A stretch of 64,000 nt of DNA from Terriglobia bacterium. GTDB lineage: Bacteria > Acidobacteriota > Terriglobia > 20CM-2-55-15. The number at the start of each line of letters is the position of its first letter. Within the stretch, counting starts at the first letter, position 1. The notes under the pieces are model-generated. The model was not told where the DNA came from. It saw nothing but the letters and a program-made list of their open reading frames with translations, and ran no database searches. Location: contig CAUVWY020000001.1 in the NCBI GenBank assembly GCA_963555775.3, positions 69,534 through 133,533 of the forward strand, read 5' to 3'. The position numbers and the translations under genes were made by a program. Positions 55,730 to 64,000 of this stretch are shown here, piece after piece.

Positions 55730-57526
55730 CTAATTAGTGTCCGCCAGAAAACCCCTCTCGCGGATGGAGATTTGGGAGCGACCGGGGGTGCAAGTGACGT
55801 TCATTCACTATAAATCGAACCGCAACGGGAGCGGTTGACGACTCGTGGGGAGTGATCGGCAAGAAATCGGCCCGAATGTCGGGCGTCCGGGCATGGGGCG
55901 GCTTGCCGTCTTGCGACGGCCCCGAATCGGGCATGTTCCGGGAGGACCGGTGGGTCAGGCGACGCGTGGTCGTTTGCGCTCGCGCTTCTGCAGGATCGAT
56001 CCGATGCGATGCAGGTTGGCGGCCAGTACCGACAGGGCGACGGCGCGGGCGAAGCCGTCGGCGCCGTGAGTGCGGACACGGTTGAGCCCTCGATGCTCCA
56101 ATCCATTGATGGCCGATTCAATCGCAGGATGCGCGCGCCGCGCGGCGGCGAAGGATTCCTCCGCTTCGCGTTCCCGGTCGACTCGGGACCGATACCCCTT
56201 TCCCGGCAGCGCGTTGAGGTCGAGGAGCGCGTCGAGATTGATCCGGTTCTCAGGACTGTGAAAGCCCCGGTCGAAGCTGCACGCCCGCAGATCGGGATAC
56301 CGCGCCTGGGTTTCCCTGACCATCGGCGCCGCCACGTCCACGTCCTCGCCCTCCCACAGGATCCGGTGGTGCAGGATGAATTGATGCTGGTCCTCGATGA
56401 GAGCGACCGGCACTCCCAGTTCCACCGGCGTGCCCGCCTTGCCCTTCGAAATCCAGCGCGTGTGCTCCTGGAAGATCGAGAACACCTTCTCCGCGTGAGG
56501 AATCGTCTCGCCTCGCAGGAGCCGGCGTTCAACCTGGCCGATTTGGCGCCGGGCATGAGCGATAAAGCCTTCGATTGATTGACAGGTGGTTTCCTCGACG
56601 CCGTTGTCCCGCAGCTCGTCGAGGGTCTCCGCGATCCGGGCGACCAGTGCGCGGCAGCGCTCCAGGTACGCCTCCACCCGCTCCGGACGGCGCTTCGCCC
56701 GCCGGGTCGAGCGCACCGTGTTGAACAGCTTCCTGACCTTCCTGGATAGATGCCGCCACTGACGCCATCCGCCCACGGCGTGTTGCCCGGCCACCTCCCC
56801 AGTCTCCCGTAGCACGCACCGCATCGCGTCCCACAACAGGCTTACATCCGTCGGGTAATGCACGTCCGTTTCGACCACGAACGAGTCACACCGCCCGCGC
56901 AATGGCTCGCCAGGCTTTTTTTTCGGGCGACCTTGTGGCCACTCTCCACCACCAGTTGTCCGACCGCCGACAACAACTCCGGCGTCAACAACGACACGTT
57001 GTCGACCACCGTCTGGTACTCGTAGCGCGTCTTGTCGACGAAATCGCCGTGACCCAGGAACGCGCGTATCGTCGCGTGATGGTTCGCCAGGTCGTGAAGG
57101 CGGTCGAAGTCGCAGCCCAGACCCTGCTTCAGAACCCCCAGCACCAGGATCTGCCACAATTCCATCCCCGGACGCCCGACCGTGCGGTCGGCCTCCGGCA
57201 GAATATGCTCATCCAGCAGCGCAAACAGCCGGACGCGCAGCGCCTCCTCGCCCCAGATCTGCTGCAGCCCCTTCAATACCGCCGGGATGTCGTCCCGCGA
57301 CTTCGGGTCGATCCAGATCTGCTCGATCGGCGCCTGACCGATCTGGAACTGCCGTCTCTGCACTTCTCTCATCGTGTCCCCGCTTCGCGAAGATTCTCCA
57401 TTCAGCGGTCAAAACCCAGAACTTCACCCCCAATAATACGACATCTGAACGATCTTCACCACTCGAAGTCCACTATATGTACTGCATTATCAACTAGTTA
57501 TGAGTTTTCTGGCGGACACTAATTAG
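55730..57526 (-). mobile_element. IS5/IS1182-superfamily insertion sequence (~1.8 kb)
   Basis: Perfect 23-bp terminal inverted repeats 'ctaattagtgtccgccagaaaac' at 55730-55752 and 57504-57526. The outer CTAATTAG is itself palindromic, so part of it could be target duplication. Confidence 0.85.
55955..57372 (-). CDS. DDE transposase in two overlapping frames joined at an A8 run
   Basis: The N-terminal frame (57372-56842) has the InsH/DUF772-like 'GRPGMELWQILVLGVLKQGLGCDFDRL'. The C-terminal frame (57157-55955) has 'DSFVVETDVHYPTDVSLLWDA' and 'ISKGKAGTPVELG'. The frames differ by -1 at a T8 run on the plus strand, 56916-56923. Confidence 0.75.
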
Positions 57527-57910
57527 GAGTCGAGAACGGCCAAACGTTACAGAATTCCAGCGCGCATCAGAATGTCAATAGATCTGAATGAATAGTCGCA
57601 CCACTTGGATTTGCCATCGTTCCCCCGCCCCACGATTTCTTTGGACAGTGAGATGAGAGAATACCGAATAGGAGGATCACGATGTCCAGAGGAAGAAATA
57701 CAGAATCCGGGTCCGCTTCGGTCGCCCTACGGGCTTCCTGCGCGGCCCCGGATTCCGCGCGACGCGGGAAGCGCCGTTGGTCGGCCCGGCGGAAGGGAAC
57801 GGTGGCGGCCGCGGCTATCCAGACCCCTCCCTCCCCTGAGTTCCTCGGCCCCAGGGCCGAGGAATACTAGCGTATTCTGGTTTCGGGCGACCGCGCCGGC
57901 TCACGCCCAT

Positions 57911-58260
57911 GAGAACGCGGGCATCCTGCCCGCAAGAGTCAGTCACTATCCTGAATATTGAGCCGCTTGAGCTTGGCCTGCTCCTGTCGCGCATTACGCG
58001 AGAAGAAGAGCGGGCAAGATGCCCGCGTTCCTAGGGGGCGGACATGAAGGTTTCTGACTGAATTGGAATAAGGCGCAGACGACGTGGGGGTGCCAGGGGC
58101 GCAGACCTCAAAGGTTTTTGATCGATGTGGAAGATGTCACGGACGCCGACAATCTCAGGGCGCGTAGCCTGGAAGTTCACGCAAATTCTTTGCGGGCATC
58201 TTGCCCGCACCCGGGTTGCGCAGTCCCGAATAACGCGTCTTTTCCTTGCGCGCGGCAGCG
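57911..58260. repeat. Composite hairpin-rich intergenic repeat, locus 4 of 4 (modules B then A)
   Basis: 'gagaacgcgggcatcctgcccgcaagagtcagtcactatcctgaatattgagcc...gagcgggcaagatgcccgc...aggtttctgactgaattggaataaggcg', then 'gcgtagcctggaagttcacgcaaattctttgcgggcatcttgcccgcacccgggttgcg'. Confidence 0.8.
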
Positions 58261-58282
58261 GACAACCCGTAATAAATGCGGG

Positions 58283-58873
58283 TCAGTCGAGCAGGAACGG
58301 CTCGAACAGCTGGCGAACCTCCGGCGTCGGGAAGTCGGCACCATGGGAGCGTGCCTGGAGCAGGTCGATTACGATCAAGGGATGACTCGATGACTCGAGC
58401 GACCCCATCCGGTCGGCGACGAAAACGCGGTAAGCCATGCACACGGCACTGTCCGCCACGTTGCGAGTCAATAATGGGTCGAGCTCGCGGGTCCATTCCT
58501 CCAGTTCCACATGGCCCAACAATCCCGTCAGGCGCACTGCGACCCGTCCCGAACCCGTGTCTATAATCGGATCGCCGACACCGGTATCGCACCACCGGCC
58601 TCCGGCCGTTCGAAGTTGCTCCCGTGCCGCGTCCAGCACCGCGGTCTGTAGTTCCGGTGGCTCGGCGGCCACAAATTTCTGATCGTAGGCGGACCGGCGG
58701 GAAGGGTCGCCAAGCCACGAATAGGCTTCGTTGATTTGGATCATCTGTGCGGCCGCCTCCGGGTCGGGGTTGCGGTCCGGATGAAAACGGCGGGCAAGTG
58801 ACCGGTAGGCAGTGTGCACTTCCTCGACTGTGGCCGTATGCCTGAGGTTCAGGACGCGGTAGTGATCCCTCAT
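58283..58873 (-). CDS. J-domain (DnaJ-like) protein with an unassigned C-terminal domain
   Basis: 'DHYRVLNLRHTATVEEVHTAYRSLARRFHPDRNPD..AAAQMIQINEAYSWLGDPSRRSAYD' contains the HPD motif. ATG 58873 overlaps the GspE stop (ATGA). Confidence 0.8.
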   Translation of the reverse strand: MRDHYRVLNLRHTATVEEVHTAYRSLARRFHPDRNPDPEAAAQMIQINEAYSWLGDPSRRSAYDQKFVAAEPPELQTAVLDAAREQLRTAGGRWCDTGVGDPIIDTGSGRVAVRLTGLLGHVELEEWTRELDPLLTRNVADSAVCMAYRVFVADRMGSLESSSHPLIVIDLLQARSHGADFPTPEVRQLFEPFLLD

Positions 58874-60327
58874 TCTCCACCTCCGAAGTAGCAGGTGCGG
58901 TAGGCTTCTTCGGCGGACACCTCCGCCCGCCGAACCCGTTCGAGAACCTGATCCAGAATCGCCGTGAATCCGAGGCGCGATGACGCCTTCCTGAGCGCGG
59001 CGTGGTCCCCGGCAATCACCGCCGGACGCGTGCCTGTATCCAGTTCCAGAATCTCGAACAGGGGTTGCCGCCCCGAAACGCCGGTGAACCCGCATTCGGC
59101 GCAACCCGAGCCCCGACCCAACAACGATCGCTCTGTTTCGGCAATGCCGAGTCGATCGAGCAGAAAGTCCGGTGGAGTGTCGGGACGCAGACAAGCCGGA
59201 CAATTCATGCGGATCAGCCGCTGCGCCACGACGCCGATCAGGGACGTGGCGATCACGTGCCGGTCGACGCCCAGTTCCAGCAGGCGAACCAGAACCGACG
59301 TCGTGTCCGTGGCATGCAGGGTCGACAACACCAGATGCCCGGTCAGCGCCGCTTCGAAGGCGATCCGTGCGGTCTCGCCGTCGCGGATTTCGCCGACAAG
59401 AATCACATCGGGGTCCTGGCGCAGTATCGAACGCAGCGCGGCCTGAAACGTCAAGTTGGATCGGGTATCGACCTGCACCTGCCGGACCCCGTCCACGCGA
59501 TACTCCACCGGATCTTCTATCGTGACAATGTTGAGCGATCTTCGGCAAAGCTCGTCGACGACCGCATAAAGCGTGGTCGTCTTGCCGCTGCCCGTCGGAC
59601 CCGCGACCACCAACATTCCCTGGGGCCTGTAACAGATCGCTTTCAGGCGAGTCTCGACATCGTCGTCGCCGCCGAGGCCGGCCAGCGTGGGGGGCGTCTT
59701 GTGGTCGCGGAACAGCCGGATCACGGCGGCTTCGCCGCGATGAGTCGGAATGGTCGACAGCCGGGCTTCGAATCCCTCCCCCCGATCGACAAGGAGTCCA
59801 TCCTGAGGCAGCCGGCGCTCACTGATGTCCAGACGGCCCATGACCTTGATTCGCGCAATCAGGCGCTGGTGCAGCCAATGGGGGATATCGAAACGGTCCT
59901 GAAGCGCCCCGTCGATCCGGTAACGGATGCGGCTCCAACGGGCGCCGGGATCGATGTGGACGTCACTCGCGCCCAGTTGTTTCGCCTCGCTGAAGAGCAA
60001 TCTCTGGATGCGCACAACCGGTGGATCCGCCGCGGCTTGGGCCCGCTGCCGCGGCATCGAGGCGGGCTGTAGCGAGTTGTTGTAGTAACGGTCGATCGCG
60101 CGTTCGATCTCGACGGCGCTCGACGGCACCGGTTCGACGCGAAGTCCGGTCATGAACTGGATTTCCTCAACCGTCGCCAGGTCCGACGGGTTTGCCATCG
60201 CCACGACAACCGATGACAGTGCCCGTCGTAACGGGATGGATCGATATCGCCGGGCGCGATCTTCGGGAATCAAACCCAGCGCGTCGGCCTCGGGTTGAAG
60301 CGAGGGAACAAGTGCGGTGTTGGACAT
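58870..60327 (-). CDS. GspE/PilB-family type II/IV secretion ATPase
   Basis: N-terminal T2SSE_N-like 'VVAMANPSDLATVEEIQFMTG', Walker A 'GPTGSGKTTT', Asp/His boxes, and a tetracysteine 'CPAC...CAEC'. Confidence 0.85.
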   Translation of the reverse strand: MSNTALVPSLQPEADALGLIPEDRARRYRSIPLRRALSSVVVAMANPSDLATVEEIQFMTGLRVEPVPSSAVEIERAIDRYYNNSLQPASMPRQRAQAAADPPVVRIQRLLFSEAKQLGASDVHIDPGARWSRIRYRIDGALQDRFDIPHWLHQRLIARIKVMGRLDISERRLPQDGLLVDRGEGFEARLSTIPTHRGEAAVIRLFRDHKTPPTLAGLGGDDDVETRLKAICYRPQGMLVVAGPTGSGKTTTLYAVVDELCRRSLNIVTIEDPVEYRVDGVRQVQVDTRSNLTFQAALRSILRQDPDVILVGEIRDGETARIAFEAALTGHLVLSTLHATDTTSVLVRLLELGVDRHVIATSLIGVVAQRLIRMNCPACLRPDTPPDFLLDRLGIAETERSLLGRGSGCAECGFTGVSGRQPLFEILELDTGTRPAVIAGDHAALRKASSRLGFTAILDQVLERVRRAEVSAEEAYRTCYFGGGE

Positions 60328-60402
60328 GAACGGAACGTGGACGAAGGGACCCGGCAGGCAGCTTCATCATACCAGAGATCCCGGCAACGGTAATGTTGTA
60401 AA

Positions 60403-62345
<1,943 letters not shown>

Positions 62346-62475
62346 GATCCGGTGTATTCGGGACCTCAGTCCGGACACGTGCCCGAAACCGGAGAATTCG
62401 GCCTCTCCACGGGATCTCTTGACCGGAATTTCCGCTGTAGTTAGAGTTTCCGACAACACCGAAAAGGACGCCTGA

Positions 62476-63432
62476 ATGCGATACGGAACGGTTTTGCTGT
62501 TGGTGCTGATGGGAACGGCCGGGATTGGAACGGCTCAGGAGAGCGAAGACCAGCCCGAAGCCGGGCAGGCCCGGCCGGCGCCGCGTTGGCCCGACGGCAG
62601 AATCAACATGGGTGCGCTGCCTGGCGAGGTGGGCGTCTGGAGCGGCAGTTTCCGCCTGGCCATCAATCCGAACGCAGACGATGCCGGAGCAACTTTGTCG
62701 GCGCCAATCCACGTCGACGATGTCCCGCTGCAGCCGTGGGCACGGGCCCTCCAGCAATATCGCCACGATCACTTCATGCGGGACGAACCGCACGCGCGCT
62801 GCAAGCCGTCCCCGTCGCCACGGCAATACACGGCGCCCTATGGCGTCGAGATCCTCCACATGCCCGAACTCGAACGCGTTTACGTCTTCAAGATCGGCGG
62901 ACCGCACACCTATCAGATCATTTATACCGATGGACGCTCCCATCCCGGCAACCTGACTCCAAGCTACTACGGACACTCGATCGGCCATTGGGAAGGCGAC
63001 ACGCTGGTCGTGGATACGGTGGGCTTCAACGAACGGGCATGGATGAGCCGGGACGCACTGCCCCACACCGACCGATTGCATCTGATTGAACGCCTGACTC
63101 GCATCGACTTCGACACGTTGGAATACGAGGTCACGATCGACGATCCAGGCGCGTATGACGCTCCATGGACAAGCGGGTTCACCATGAGTTGGAGCGGAGG
63201 CCTAGCAGCCTGTCGGACTTTCGGCGTAAGTCCTTTGTTTTCAACAACGGCCCTTTTTAGCCCGAAACGGTAAACACAGTCATATGAATGACTTAGGTTT
63301 TTGATTCGGTGTTAGTCCGACAGGCTGCTAGAGATGTTCGAATACGTCTGCCAGGACAACAATCGATCTCCCGATGCCATGGTCGGCGCCGGAGGCGAAG
63401 AGATGGCCCGGACAAGCCGGTTTGTTCCGTAG
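62476..63432 (+). pseudogene. Secreted hypothetical protein (paralog of 28294-29109) interrupted by a MITE
   Basis: The ORF runs into the insertion at 63206 and ends in element sequence at 63273. Downstream, 63334-63432 encodes 'MFEYVCQDNN...', which aligns with 'LMEYICLDNM' of the paralog. Removing 126 bp restores one frame. Confidence 0.8.
63206..63327. mobile_element. 122-bp MITE-like element with 14-bp perfect terminal inverted repeats and flanking CTAG
   Basis: 'cagcctgtcggact' at 63206-63219 and its exact reverse complement at 63314-63327. CTAG lies on both sides (63202-63205 and 63328-63331). No coding capacity. Confidence 0.8.
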
Positions 63433-63517
63433 CCTCGAATTGCAAGATTTACTTGACCCAGATCGAAATCAATCCAATAATTCCCGATTAACCTGAAGTG
63501 TCACTGAGGAGGCCTTG

Positions 63518-63910
63518 ATGATACGGAATACGATGATTTCCGTCTTGGGTGTGAGTTTGTTGGTGGCCGCAGCCGGACCGCTGGTTGCTCACCATTCGAT
63601 TTCGGCGGAATTCGACGTCAACAAGCCGATTGAATTCACCGGGACGGTGGCCAAGATCGACTGGTTGAACCCCCACATTTACACCCACATCGCCGTGGAA
63701 CGAAGCGACGGATCGACGGTTACGTACAAGGTCGAAGGCAGCCCGCCGAACTCGCTCTTTCGACGAGGCTGGAGGCCTGACTCGCTAGTCCCGGGAGAGA
63801 CCGTCACTGTCGAAGGTATTCAGGCCAAGAGCGCCGAATCGACGAATGTCGGCCAGGCGACGATCCTGACCGAAGACGGAACGCGGGTCTTTTCGGGCAA
63901 CGCGAATTAG
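63518..63910 (+). CDS. Small secreted protein, DUF6152-like (paralog of 27814-28230)
   Basis: SD 'gaggagg'. The signal peptide ends 'GPLVA|HHSISAEFD'. 'KIDWLNPHIYTHI' and 'RRGWRPDSLVPGETVTVEG' parallel the first copy. Confidence 0.7.
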   Translation: MIRNTMISVLGVSLLVAAAGPLVAHHSISAEFDVNKPIEFTGTVAKIDWLNPHIYTHIAVERSDGSTVTYKVEGSPPNSLFRRGWRPDSLVPGETVTVEGIQAKSAESTNVGQATILTEDGTRVFSGNAN

Positions 63911-64000
63911 TTACCGGCGCCGGGTTCGATAAACGGCTCCAGCGGCCACCGCTGTCGGTGGTGGCCACCACACCTGCAGTTCATTCGAGGCCAGGCCGGT

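Noticed and set aside
55707-57535. GAGTCGAGA present on both sides of the IS5-like element (55707-55715 and 57527-57535)
   Set aside because: The left copy is 14 bp away from the IS terminus, so it cannot be a target-site duplication. It is probably coincidence.
57682-57870. 62-codon ORF with a near-perfect SD ('aggagg' plus a 6-nt spacer) ending at a 10-bp-stem hairpin (TTCCTCGGCC-ccag-GGCCGAGGAA, 57841-57864)
   Set aside because: The product is Arg/Ala/Ser-rich and low-complexity with no motif, and it sits in repeat-rich intergenic DNA. The hairpin lacks a U-tract. It could be a real micro-protein or terminator, but the sequence alone does not support a call.
62346-62400. Possible stem-loop (ttcgggac...gtgcccgaa) just after the enolase stop, considered as a rho-independent terminator
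   Set aside because: The stem is short and imperfect and is not followed by a T-run. The support is insufficient.

Overview
Visibly GC-rich bacterial chromosomal segment from a diderm (LpxL-family and ArnT-like genes present). I recognised no rRNA, tRNA or CRISPR array by eye. Housekeeping blocks: a GT1 glycosyltransferase 3' end, ArnT-like GT, LpxL-family acyltransferase, htpX, a glcDEF operon with 4-nt start/stop overlaps, a five-gene Opp/Dpp-type peptide ABC transporter, enolase and a cyclase/formamidase. Between them sit several accessory segments. (1) 10.6-17.0 kb is a small lower-GC islet. It holds a Vsr-Dcm pair convergent with a four-gene translationally coupled operon: excisionase-like HTH, a PLD-N/S24-C mini-protein, a 714-aa protein with two GHKL ATPase folds (MORC-like N-terminus, histidine-kinase-like C-terminus), and a receiver-domain protein with an unassigned ~300-aa C-terminal domain. 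This kinase/receiver pair is my best candidate for an undescribed conflict system. (2) 18.7-26.7 kb is a lipid-modification cluster of two membrane desaturases, an HHxxxD acyltransferase, a GH3-type adenylating enzyme, a HAD hydrolase and a methyltransferase. (3) There are two toxin-antitoxin pairs: a truncated HigB with HigA, and a Gp49-like toxin with an HTH antitoxin. (4) A 1158-aa secreted protein carries plant-type 24-residue LRRs. (5) 45.1-57.9 kb is a lower-GC, IS-riddled island bracketed by direct copies of a composite repeat. It contains a DUF2806 gene, an IS3 remnant, an IS1595 transposase, a DPPF amino-methyltransferase-HNH fusion split by an IS21 element with a 7-bp target duplication, a second MORC-like GHKL ATPase, and an IS5-superfamily element. 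(6) A GspE-type ATPase is coupled to a J-domain protein. (7) Two paralogous secreted two-gene cassettes are present, one of them interrupted by a 122-bp MITE. A family of hairpin-rich composite intergenic repeats recurs at four loci. All calls rest on motif reading and manual translation; no database searches were run.
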